DNA of 64,000 nt from Podarcis muralis (Eukaryota), in the NCBI RefSeq assembly GCF_964188315.1, contig NC_135666.1, positions 18,228,001 to 18,292,000 of the forward strand, in the 5' to 3' direction. Below the pieces are notes generated by a model that was not told where the DNA came from, did no database searches, and saw nothing but the letters and a program-made list of their open reading frames with translations. Shown here piece by piece: positions 1-11,510 of this stretch; position 1 is the first letter of the stretch; every line of letters begins with the position of its first letter. Position numbers and translations under genes: made by a program.

Positions 1-309
1 ACACAATAAAATGTCAGTAAGAGTTTAGCACTTCCGCATGTGGTCGATATGTATCATTTCAGGAAATGTTTATTGTTCTTCTATTTTTGTCACAAAGCTT
101 TTTAGTTCTAACCCATGAGATCTCTTGACTCATCGCCGGTCTTCCTTTTTTAACCTTGATTTTACTGCTCACTTTCCACTACAACGTTGTGCAGTTTCTC
201 CAAGGCGGTGAAGAGTTGGAAGGTGCGTGCATCTCATCGTGTGCTGCAATGATTTTTAAAATATATAAATTGCATTAATTTATGTTGCCCAATAGCTTCA
301 AAAACCTCT

Positions 310-480
310 CATTACTGAAGACATGCTGGATAAGGCAAAAGGTCTGTTGCTTCCAGCATCCTAAATCCCAGTGGCCAAAAAGATTCTGAGAGGAAGCACC
401 AAGGCAGAACATGACTGCAACTGCCCTCTCTTGCTCTTGTTATGCAGAAACTAGTATTTAGAGGCATGATGCGTTGTGAC
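310..480 (-). mobile_element. CR1-type LINE 3' UTR remnant (degenerate)
   Basis: Resembles the 'ctgctggatcaggcc...catctagtccagcatcctg' 3' UTR pieces at 8440-8905 (+), 11220, 42625 and 44713. Boundaries approximate. Confidence 0.45.
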
Positions 481-529
481 AGCTGTCCACTTATCCCTGC
501 TTTCTGCTTCCTGTTCTTCAGCTAGTCAC

Positions 530-2470
530 AAATCTATCATTTTTATTTATCCAGAATATATATTAAGCTAATTGGCCTGTAATAGCCTAGATCTCTTATC
601 AAAATTAGTGTTCCATTGGGCTGATTATAGTCCTCTGGAGCAGAGGCTGAACTTAGGGACATATTTTTGTCAAAGGTCACTAAGCATGATGTGTTCTTTC
701 CCCCCCTCCTTTTCTCATCCCCCTTTTTTGCCTCAGTTCTTCAGAGTCCCTTCCTGTGAAAGGTAGTTCAGGCGAAAAATTCATTCAGCTTCTCTGCAAT
801 CTTTTTTTCCCTCCTCAGCAAACCTTAAAGCTTTATTGATTATTGCTCAATAACCAGTTTCCTGCTTCTAATGTATTTAACGCTCCTTTTTATTGTTGGT
901 CTTTATGTCTTTAGTGATATGCTTCTCTTTTTATACCATACTGCCTGCTTACGTTTCTTTTGTTAAAGTTTGTGTTCCTTTTCATTCTCCTCATTTGGGC
1001 AAAGACTTCTCAATTCTTGAAGGAAGTCTGCTCATTAACCAAGCTGCCATCCTCTTGGCCTTAGTGGCACCTTTCTTGACATGTGGAATAGATTCTAGCT
1101 GAGCTTCTATTAATTGTGATTTTTTCAACCCATGAGGATTCCAGAGAGATGTGACCCGCTTCAAATTCTCTTTCAACTTCCTTTTAACCAATCCCCTCAT
1201 TTGGGAGAAATTTTCCTCTTCTGAAGTCAACTGTGATTGCAAGGACTTTCTTGGTGATTGTCCACTTACAGTGGTGCCTCGCAAGATAAAAATAATCTGT
1301 TCCGCGAGTCTCTTCGTCTAGCGGTTTTTTCGTCTTGCGAAGCAACCCTATTAGCGGCTTAGCGGATTAGCGCTATTAGCGGTTTAGCGGCTATTAAAGG
1401 CTTAGCGGCTTAGCGGCTAAAAGGCTATTAGCGGCTTAGCAGCTTAGAAAAATGGGGGGGGGGCGGAAAAAAATCGCAAGACTCGCAAGACGTTTTTGTC
1501 TTGCGAAGCAAGCCCATAGGGAAAATCGTCTTGTGAAGCAACTCAAAAACGGAAAACCCTTTCATCTAGTGGGTTTTTCGTCTTGCGGGGCACCACTGTA
1601 CGTATATGTTGAATGCAATTGCACTCTAGCCACTGTTTCCAACTGCATCCACAACATTCAGCCACCACTTAGCATTAAGTCTGGGGTTGCCTCTCTAGCT
1701 GACTCCATGTCCAACTGTTCTACAACAGTCACTTAGGGTGTCTGCATTTTACCTCTTTGTCATCACTAGAACACACTTTGACAATCTGCATGGGGGGAAT
1801 TGTTGTTGTGAACCATTAACAACAACACTTTCTCCTTTGAATGCCCATTTGATTCCGTTCTCCTCCTCAATATCACCCTGAAAATGTTGGTCCTCCATAC
1901 CCAATTACTATTGAGGTAAAGTTTTGCCACCTATAGCCAACCTGTGAAGTCTAACCCCTTGGGATTTCTAGCTCATTTGGCTCCATGCCCTCTTTGACAT
2001 ATGGAGAAACACCCGTACACTCTTCCCTGGTGTCCCAATGAAGTTTGTAACCATATCCTACTGGTTCTTTCCCTCAGGGGTGAGTTTAAAAGCTGCTCTA
2101 CCACTTGTTTTGATATTAAGCATAAGGAGACGGGTACCATTTTTGCTCTCTCTTTTGGTCCCCAATGCTCGAGAGGTCCAAAACCCCTCTCTTCACTTTC
2201 TCTTCCCCCACTGACATCCTCCTTCCCTAAGACCCTCATCATCCATGATGACAGAACAGGAGCTGCCAGTTTGGGGGGTGAGGTACTGCCATCACATCCC
2301 TAAAAGCCCCATCTGCAAGCCTCTAAGCTTCTCCAGGTCAGCAACCTTGAGCTTAACTTGCAACTGGAGAAGCCAGGAGCTCATTGCACCCAGCACATGC
2401 TGCAACTTATGTTCAAGTGGGCAGGTAGCCGTATATGTTATACACTGCAAGAGAGAGGATAGCTCACATA
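530..2470 (-). mobile_element. Old CR1 LINE with ORF1 and ORF2 remnants, internally deleted and interrupted by a MITE
   Basis: Minus-strand translations show CR1-like motifs in the expected order: ORF1-like CxxCNELL...KVADLEKLR (~2320-2410), endonuclease-like VVV(M)G and EQLxME...DLMLSG (~1650-1830), linker NFSQMRGLVKRKLK...EAQLESIP (ORF 991-1284) and RT-start-like YRPISL (~560-590). Family assigned from recalled motifs. Confidence 0.7.
1269..1598. mobile_element. Tc1/mariner (Tigger/pogo-like) MITE
   Basis: TIRs cagtggtgcctcgcaaga / tcttgcggggcaccactg (18 bp, 1 mismatch). TA on both sides (1267-1268, 1599-1600). Internal TTAGCGGC-type array at 1351-1447. Confidence 0.9.
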
Positions 2471-4587
2471 CCCCTGCCAGCTATCCACCTGCATAACTGT
2501 TATATATTGATATGAATATAAATTAGTCATGTTACGAAGAGAAGAAAATACTGCTTTTCTTTTTAGACCCCGCTCTCTGAGGCATCCCTCACTACCCCCA
2601 AGTCAGAGAGACAAGGAAATCCCTTATGCAGAAAGCGCACAGCTGTTCTAACATTCTGACATATTTTTTTCATCTATTTTGTGATTTGTACACTGCACAT
2701 ATTCTGAACACAATGCTTTTGATAATTACAAAACACCAACTGGAAAATAATTCCTTTGGCGGTGGCGGAGAGGGAAGCTTTCATCCCTATTCAACAGCAT
2801 GCGCTCTGAACAAGGGACAAATTAGTAGTATGCATACTGGCACATTTATGGCATTTGATAGTCCTTGGAAGCCAGCTGCTCTTCATCCATCAATAAAAGC
2901 AGACCCATGACAAATTTCATGTGACCAGTTGTAGGAAACATCATGGGATTTCTGCCATGAAGGCTATCTAGTTCTGCGGCTAGAACAAGCACTTTGCTTT
3001 TAGTTCCACATCACAACCACTTTGTTTCAACTGCACTATAAGGTCCCTTCCCCACTGCAATAGATAGAAGTCCTCAAGCTGAAGAGCACAGTCCGATAAA
3101 ACTTTTCAGTGGTCAAAAATTGAACCCACACAACTCACTGCTGCCCTCCCTCCTCTTCGCTGCCATTCTTCAACTCTTGCATCTTTACTTGCTCTTCAAC
3201 AAAACTTTTCATTTTCCCTCTACAGTCGTACCTCCCCCAACCAATCCTGTAGTCCTTGCAAGCTCCCACACATGGGCACCAGGGACTACTTTTTAAAAAT
3301 TCCTGTAACTATTCATTTTCTGCAAGTGCCCATGAGCGGCACTTTGAATGGCTCCCACGCACTCACTTCAGATGCATAATTTTGTCGGCGATTGGAACAC
3401 AGTTATAACACAGTTGATATCCTCATTAAATCCAGAAACAAAAACAGGGTCATTTTTTCTAGTATGGGACGTGCCTTTAAAGTCAGCATCTACCCAACTG
3501 AAGTAAGAACTCAAGGGGCGTTGTGAATCATCAGCCAACCGGTGCTGAGGAACATACCCCTTCAAATTTCACGCCAAAGTATTTAAAAATAATTATCGTC
3601 AGAATGCCTGTATTCTAGACTGTAAGTGCAACTCCAACAGATACACCAGGGAGCCTCCCGAAAACATTAAAAATATATCCTAATTCAGTGCCAAGAGATT
3701 TCAAATAGTAATGCACCCATAATGACATGCACAAGTAGCTCTATATGTATATTATTTACTGTGCATAACTAATTCTGCTTCTAAGACGCTGAGCTTTAAA
3801 ATAAAGAACTTGGAATTATCTGACTGTAAAAGTTGTGGACAAGAAGAGGGAATAATGAATAAAGTGAAGGAGGACAGAAACTGAGGATTCATGAGAAGTA
3901 GGGGCTAAATTTTGACACTCCCCATAACCAGACACCCCCAAAACAGCCGTGCCCCAAGGAGAGTTCTCAAATGCAGGCAGCTAAGTTGATCTATTATTAT
4001 ACACATGCAGACACAGCAGCACTTTATGCATGCCTGCAATCCTATGCATTTTCCCTGAGAGTAAGCTCCACTGAACATAATGATACTACTTATTTTTGAT
4101 TTGCATAGGTTCAGCTTGAAAACTCACTGAACTTTAATGAAGCATCTTCTGACAGCTGGGTACTTATCGCTTACTTACAAATGTAAGCAGTCCTGCAAAG
4201 AAATGTTGCCCTTTAAAGTACTAGGCCCATCAATTAACCTTGCTAAAGGAAAGTGGGGGAAATAAATAGCTTGCTTAATTGTTTTCTTCTTTCTCCAACT
4301 TCCTGAATGCTAATCTATCACAAACAAACTAGAAAGTCTCTGTTATAACATTATTCATTTGTCAGAGCCAGGGTGGTCTGTAAATTACCCCAACACAGAT
4401 GAAATTGTCACTCCTATTGTGGGAAAAAAACCCTGGTGCTGCACTTTGCTATCTTCCCCTCCACAACACCACTAGACAGTCGTTTTGAGAGGAAACAAGG
4501 AGAAAGACAGCCAGGCGAAGCGCCTAATGACTGCAAGACCCCCCCCCCCCATCCGATATTTTAAAGAAAGATAACATATTCATGATT

Positions 4588-4728
4588 CCAGTTACAGATA
4601 GGTAGCCGTGTTGGTCTGCCATAGTCAAATCAAAAAAAATTCCTTCCAGTAGCACCTTAAAGACCAACTAAGTTAGTTCTTGGTATGAGCTTTCGTGTGC
4701 ATGCACACTTCTTCAGATACACACAGAT
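4588..4728 (-). mobile_element. Short non-autonomous Penelope-like element (pLTR-derived) carrying a hammerhead ribozyme
   Basis: Perfect 12-bp direct repeat atattcatgatt at 4576-4587 and 4729-4740. Layout gtagccgtgttggtctg...agcaccttaaagaccaac...agctttcg...cttcttcagatac matches the reptile Penelope-like terminal repeat as I recall it. Related pieces at 42401, 45088 and 52633. Confidence 0.8.
4683..4720 (-). ncRNA. Minimal type I hammerhead ribozyme motif
   Basis: Minus strand reads GUAU-CUGAAGA-A-GUGUG(CAUG)CACAC-GAAA-GC-UC-AUAC: stem I GUAU/AUAC, core CUGANGA, stem II 5 bp, GAAA, minimal palindromic stem III (AGCU). Predicted cleavage after UC, between 4687 and 4686. Confidence 0.8.
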
Positions 4729-5984
4729 ATATTCATGATTGTAGTTCTATTTACTGAGCATAGAATTCTCAATATACTTAAGTTCCCAATGAAAAAAAAG
4801 GAATCCCTTAATGTACACAACTCTTTATCCAGCATTTCAGTACTAAACACTGAATGAATGTTCAGAATGAAGGAAATAGAATTAAGTTCTTCAATTTTTT
4901 GTTTATTCGTTTTTCCTTTGTTATGTTTTTTAAAGCTGGAGGCGAAGAAGGTAGACATCCATACAGAGAATGAAACAGAGGACAACCCTCCCATTTTAAA
5001 AAAATCAGTCACATATACGAATAGATCTTCGATTGCCCTACACTTATTTCAGTTCTGCCATGGGTCCATTTTTAGTGCAAGTTCTTCCTGTGGGACAGCT
5101 GTAGCATTTGAAGACCCACAACTATAAGCATGAGGCCAGTGATATGGGTGAGCTACAGAATCAGCAACTTCAATTCCAACAGGATACCAATTTCCTGTCA
5201 CATACCCACCCCACCAGCCTGTGGTTGTGGGTCTTGGAAAAATTGCAGCTGCACCACGGGAAAATCTGCTTCAAAGCAGTTCCTGTGACAGAGCTGTAGT
5301 GTGCAAAAGGAATCCACACCAGGAGGGTGCTAGTACCATGAGACTGATAAAATCAGTCAGTCCAACCCATGTGTTTTGGGGGCTTTAACTGGGATTGATG
5401 GGAGTTGTAGTCTCGACACCTGGAGGGCACCAGGTTAGCAAAGGCTGGGCTACAACACAACACCACACAACATATGCTACCTTAACTACGGGTGGGTGGG
5501 TGGGTGTGGAATCCTTCAATTAAGCACATTAAAGCAGTCATAATCAATAGAGGAACTGAATTCTGAAACCCAATATGCAGCACTCACTTTTTGATAAGAG
5601 GAAATACAGGACCAGTGGCTATCTTACTGAACCATGCCCCAGTAAACTACTTCATGTTTTGCTATCAACTCTGCAATGAGGAAGGAAAAACAGTCTTCCT
5701 GTTACTGACGAAAGCAAGTTTTCCAGGGGTAAAAAGGACAACAAACAAAAGGGGAAAGTTTTCTGAGAGCAAAAGCAGCAGAACAGAGATTAACTCCACA
5801 AGCATGATAACTGGAGAGTGTGGGGGAAAAGCTATTGCTTTTCGCAAACTTTTCCTGTATCACAGAATAGCATTCCATGCATACCTTGCACGCTCAGTGT
5901 TTCCAGCCCAACAAGAGTTCAGTGCGCTTATGCTCAGAGATTTCAGTGGGCTTTTGTTCCAAATTCTGTGATGGGTGGTGATTA

Positions 5985-6170
5985 ATACCAACTGCTTCTA
6001 CAATGGGCATAACTAGAAAGCAGCAAGTACATGTGCAGAGGGCGGCAGCAACAGAACGGGCCTTTTCTGTGGTGGCTCCCTGTTTGTGGAATGCTCTCCT
6101 CAGAGAGGCTTGCCTGGCGCCTTCATTACATATCATAGGCCCCTGTCAAAAGCATTCCTCTTCACCCAGG
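5985..6170 (+). mobile_element. L2-type LINE 3' ORF2 fragment
   Basis: Encodes ERAFSVVAPCLWNAL, the same C-terminal motif as the copy at 38416-38864. Confidence 0.7.
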
Positions 6171-6884
6171 CCTCTGCTTCATTAACCAATCAATGAGGCT
6201 GAAGTTACATGTTCAAATGCTCCCCCATGGCAGGGCGGGGAATGAACACAACACCCTACATGGAGAATGTGATCCTTGAAATCACATGAAGCTACTTCCA
6301 AAGTTCTCACCCCACTTCTGGGGGGGGACCTCTTCTATCTTTGGTCAACACAAATACCCTAGAGCAGAGGTAGCCAATATAGCGCCCTCTGGATATTGCT
6401 GGAGCCCCATCCAGCAGCATGCCAGACGTTTATGGCAAATGTTCAGGGATGTTGGGAGTTGTAGTCCAATAATATCAGAAGGGCAGAGAAAAGGCAAAGT
6501 GTGGAAGCTGAGCCACTTGAGCTTTGTACGCTTACCAGGATGGGAGAGTCCTCCAGCAAGGCAATCCTATATAGCAGTAATTCTGGTTGAGTTCAATAGG
6601 GCCTATTCCCAGGTACACATGCCAAGAGGACTACAGTCTGAATAACTCGGAGCCAGTGGTGGATGGTACCCATTGGGACTGGCAGGGCAGAAGGCAATGA
6701 GCCCAAACTGTAGGTGAAATCAGAGCCAGAATCCATGACAGGCAGTTCTTCCAGTCTGGTCCCCATCCTCTTCCTTTTTGAGTTCTACAAGGGACAACAC
6801 TGAGGCTAAGGAGGAGAGGGAAGCTTGATGGCCAGGGTTAGCCTCTAGGCTAAGTAAGAAAGTAGGCAGATAGCAACTAAGTTA

Positions 6885-7133
6885 GAGAGCCAGTGTGGTG
6901 TAGTGGTTAAGAGCGGTAGTCTCGTAATCTGGGGAACCGGGTTCGCGTCTCCGCTCCTCCACATGCAGCTGCTGGGTGACCTTGGGCCAGTCACACTTCT
7001 TTGAAGTCTCTCAGCCCCACTCACCTCACAGAGTGTTTGTTGTGGGGGAGGAAGGGAAAGGAGAATGTTAGCCGCTTTGAGACTCCTTAAAGGGAGTGAA
7101 AGGCGGGATATCAAATCCAAACTCTTCTTCTTC
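6885..7133 (+). mobile_element. tRNA-derived squamate SINE (~250 bp; probably Squam2/Anolis-SINE2-like)
   Basis: A-box-like tggtgtagtggtt, B-box-like gggttcgcgtc, body ending gctttgagactcc...ggcgggatat and a (CTT)n tail. Short flanking repeat ctaagt. Family name recalled and uncertain. Confidence 0.75.
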
Positions 7134-8439
7134 TAAGTGAGGACAGACTGAGGGTAGTGGATCCAATGGATCAGCTCCCACTGCTCAAACAATATTATTA
7201 TTGTTGTAATAAAGAAATAAATAATAGACTACTCTGGTGCTGCTGTTGACTTGTTTTAATATTGTGATGAGTATATACAGCTGCTACCTCCCCATTTCAA
7301 TTCTCTCAAATGAGGAATTGAAGACAAGGGTTTTACATGCTTCCGTTAAAAGTGAAATTAATTATTGTTGTGGGCATGGCAAGAAGCTTGCAGCACACAT
7401 GCAAAATAAGAAGGAAGCACAAACTGAAATGGGTGTGTGTGTCCTCTTGTAACTAAAACATATCCAAAGAGCCAATTGGACTTGGCCACCTTCCAGTCTG
7501 AAACCAGGAATGAGATGCCAGAACCAGTAAATGTGTTAAGTGAGAGACCATGTACAAGCAAGAACTATCCAGCAGACATTTCTCCTGCTAGCACAGCAGC
7601 AACAGAGTTAAAATTTATCCTGGAAAAGCAACAAAAAACCCTCAACTTCTAAAGTCTAGTGGCCCTCTTCAGAAATTCCGGCACACCCTAACGGACACTG
7701 CATATTTCTCCCTTTGAAAAGGGCATCAGACTGGCAGACGTCCTAAGTGCCTTTTGCACATCAATGATCACACATGAAATTTCCCAATGATGAAAGGAAA
7801 AACCCTAACACACAGCATAAAGAAAAAATGTGAACTTTATGCTTCCAAACCCAAATTTCAGCTTAAGTAAACATGTTCAAATATGCATTGTAAAGAGTGC
7901 ATTCTACAGTTGAGTAAGGTCATTTAGGTAATTTTCAAAGCACCATAAATATCCATCAACTTTATCTCCCTCTCTCCCACCTACCCCTAGAATGGGACTT
8001 ATCCCATTTTATCCTGTCCATTGGGTTCATAAGGGTGAGAGGTATGGCTGGCTCAAGGCTACCCAGGGAGCTAGATAGCAGTTTCAGACCAACCCTAAGA
8101 GACAATCCACTATATCACACTGTTTTTAATATGTTAGATTGTATGCTAGTAACCCCATGTTACTATAGGTAGTAAACCTCAAACCAGTATCAACAGCTTG
8201 CAAAACTGCTCACTTAAGCAACAAAACATTAGTTCTTTTGATTCCACATAATCACAAATTTTCAACTCGTTGTACTCAGCAAAAGGGGAGAAAAATCTCT
8301 TCCACAGATTTGGTTCTCAAAACTCTGGAAAGGGAAACAGCAGACAGATCAATTCTCAGCTCATCCCTTGCAGGAGTCATGCAAAAAGAAGGCTCTCTGA
8401 CATTACCACCGAGATGCACTTGTTCAGAGAATCGGAGAG

Positions 8440-8905
8440 CAAGACATGATGTGATAGGAGTTTATAAGATTATGCATGGCATGGAGCAAGTGGATAGAGA
8501 AAAGTTTTTCTCCCTTTCTCCTAACACTAAAACTCAGGGGCATCCAATGTAGCTGAAAATTCAAGACAGATGAAGTAGGTACTTCTTCAAACAGTGCAAA
8601 GTTAAACTGTGGAACTCACTCCCACAGGATGCAATCGTGGCCACTAACTTTGGGTGGCTTTAAAATTCATGGAAGAAGACAAGGCTATCAACACCTACGA
8701 ACCACAATGGCTATGTTCTAATTTCATTAGCAGAGTCATTACACCTCTGAATACCTGCTGCTGGGGGTCGCAGGTGGGCAGAGTGCTGTTGTGCTCATGG
8801 CCAGCTTGTGAGCTTCCAATAGGCAGCGGTCAGCCACTGTGAGTACAGGATGCTGGACCAGATGGAACACTGGCCTGATCCAGCAGGCTCACCTTATCTT
8901 CTTAT
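8440..8905 (+). mobile_element. CR1 LINE 3' end (end of ORF2 plus 3' UTR)
   Basis: Translation D(V)IGVYKIMHGMEQVDREKFFSLSPNTKTQGHPM is typical of the CR1 ORF2 C-terminus. It is followed by a 3' UTR ending gatccagcaggct...cttat. Confidence 0.85.
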
Positions 8906-8981
8906 ATCACACAGCCTTGAATGACTGCAGCTCCCTGCTTAGTCCATACCTGGATTTGCCACTATGTAATGTGCAAAGTAG

Positions 8982-9338
8982 GACGTGGGTGGCGCTGAGG
9001 TTTTACCCAGGACTTGCCGATTGCATGGTCGGCGGTTCGAATCCCCGCGGCGGGGTGAGCTCCCTTCGTTCGGTCCCAGCTCCTGCCCACCTAGCAGTTC
9101 GAAAGCACCCTTAAGTGCAAGTAGATAAATAGGTGCCGCTTTATAGCGGGAAGGTAAACGGCATTTCCGTGTGCTGCTCTGGTGCCGGTTCGCCAGAGCA
9201 GCTTCGTCACACTGGCCACGTGATCCAGAAGTGTCTCTGGACAGCGCTGGCTCCCGGCCTCTAGAGTGAGATGAGCGCACAACCCTAGAGTCTGTCAAGA
9301 CTGGCCCGTACGGGCAGTGGTACCTTTACCTTTACCTT
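8982..9338 (+). mobile_element. Sauria SINE, near full length, with a 12-bp microinversion in the head
   Basis: B box ggttcgaatccc, (ACCTTT)n tail, perfect 15-bp TSD taatgtgcaaagtag (8967-8981, 9339-9353). Confidence 0.93.
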
Positions 9339-9391
9339 TAATGTGCAAAGTAGTGCTCAGAGTTAATAGTGAATTGTTGAGCTGATAGTGA

Positions 9392-9443
<52 letters not shown>

Positions 9444-9690
9444 TTCTGGGCAGCTTCCAACATATATATAAACATAATAAAACATTACACATTAAAAAGC
9501 TTCCCTATACAGGGCTGCCTTCAGTTGTCTCCTGAAGGTAATCTAGTTATTCATCTCCTCAGCATCTGATGGGAGAGCGTTCCACCGGTGGGTGCCACTA
9601 CCAAGAAGGCCCTCTGCCTGGTTCCCTGTGGCTTCACTTTTTGCAGTGAGGGAACCGCCAGAAGGCCCCTAGTGCTGGATCTCAGCATGG
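9392..9690 (-). mobile_element. L2-type LINE 3' fragment with adjacent (TTA)n microsatellite (9392-9443)
   Basis: Shares cagggctgcctt...gaaggccctctgcctggttccctgt...gagggaaccgccagaaggccc with 38416-38864. Confidence 0.8.
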
Positions 9691-9718
9691 GGTGGGTGGG
9701 AAGAGGAGGAGTTTAGAA

Positions 9719-9855
9719 CAGGCTTCCCCAACCTCCGCCCTCCAGATGTTTTTTGGCCTACAACTCCCATGTTCCCTAGCTAGCAGGACCAGTGGTCAGG
9801 GATGATGGGAATTGTAGTCTCAGAACATCTGGAGGGCTGAGGTTGAGGAAGCCTG
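9719..9855. mobile_element. hAT-type palindromic MITE (137 bp)
   Basis: TIRs caggcttccccaacct / aggttgaggaagcctg within ~58-bp imperfect arms. Perfect 8-bp TSD gtttagaa (9711-9718, 9856-9863). Confidence 0.9.
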
Positions 9856-11219
9856 GTTTAGAACTTCAGTCTAAAATTTACTATTCCAAACCTTATAGAA
9901 AGAGATTGTCCATGCACTATGCTTTACTTAACACTCAAAAGTTTGCTTATCTTTCCAGAAGTTAGCATTTTTAATAGTTGTGCTGCCATCCCAATTTCAG
10001 TGCTTGTTACTTTTGACAGCCGGCCTGGAAATGGAAGCGTTCACCAACGAGCTTACGTGCTGCCATTCTGAATCAGCCACCAGAAACAAAACATGACATC
10101 ATTTCCTTCCCTCCAACTTACAAAGGCTGGGGTTTTATTCTTCAGTGATGAAATATGTGGCACAACATGCATGACTAAATCATTTGTTCAAAATTAACAT
10201 GTGCAGCGATTACTCTGCCTGCTTCCTCGTATCCTTCTCAGACTTGATGACTGTGCATCAGATGGTGGAAAGAAGTATCTGTAAACTCCATAAGCTATTC
10301 AGCATGGACACCAAGAAGTCCATAAAATCAGTTCTGTTTCACACAAGACCTTTTAAGTAATTTTTTTTTTTTTTTTTTGCCATGCATGAAAATCATCTAA
10401 GTAACTATGTAGACCCAATCATACACAGAGCATGGGGGCGGGGACGGGATGGGGGAAGTGAGGCAAATCCATCCTATGAAAGATTAAACTCATCTGTGCT
10501 TATCTATGAAATCAGCTGCTACTGTACACAAATTGATGGATTGGAAAGAAGCATAATGCAATCTTGGGGATTAAAGAATGTGTTTGAGCCTTTAAGAAGG
10601 ATGCTAACTTCCAGATAATTGATGGCATTAGCATTATTTATTGGGATTCCCAGAAAATTAGAGTGCTTGAAGTTCTAAAAACAGGGAATGAAGTAAACAA
10701 GGGATCAAGTATTTTTAGAGAGAGTCTGTCTGCAGAGCAGCTGGATTATGTAGCACAGCATACTTCCAACTCCCTAGGTTGCAGTGTGAATAAAGATGAA
10801 CCCGAGGATACAGGTTTATAGCATCCTCCAGTGAGGAGGCCATGACTAATTCAACCTGTACATATAACTTTGTTCCCCACACACCCAAATGTGCCAAATA
10901 TCATTCCTTTGATATTCAGCACACACACACAGTTTGTTCCCACATACTCTTCTTTTGGTTTTTTTGCACAGAACCATTAGGTAATGGAAATTCTTCTTGT
11001 AAGCTCAATGTCACACTGGTGATTTTTTTTAAAGCACGTCCATATGCCAAGAACGAAAAGTGCTTGTTCAGTAATATTTACTTGTTGCTCTCCCATGCCA
11101 GTTACAGCATGGTTTAAATTGAAGGTAAAAACCTGACGAATACATTCTCCACATATAACTGCATTACCAGCAGGTTTGCTGACCAAAGAAATGAAGCGAG
11201 GTGTGCTCTACCTGTGCAA

Positions 11220-11510
11220 CTCTTTGCTGGATCAGGCCGGTTGTCCATCTAGTTCAGCATCCTGTTCTCACAGTGGCCAAATGGGTTTTTGTGGGAACCC
11301 CAAAGCAGGGCCTGAGTGCTGAAGTTCTGTCCCTGCATATGATTCTTTGCAACTGGTATACAGAAACATGCTCCCACCAGCAATGGAGATACAACACAGC
11401 CATTATGGCAAGCGGCCACTGATAGCCCTATCTCCCCCGTGAATCTGTCTAATCCACTTATAATGCCATTCAGGTTGGTGGAATCTACTAGAGCTCGTGC
11501 GAGCAAATCC
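11220..11510 (-). mobile_element. CR1 LINE 3' UTR fragment
   Basis: Reverse-complement similarity to 8660-8905 (ctggatcaggcc...catctagttcagcatcctgttctcacagtggcc...gccactgatagcc). Confidence 0.75.

Noticed and set aside
1351-1447. CRISPR-like or other prokaryotic repeat array
   Set aside because: No unique spacers and no cas genes. The window is vertebrate DNA and the array lies inside a MITE.
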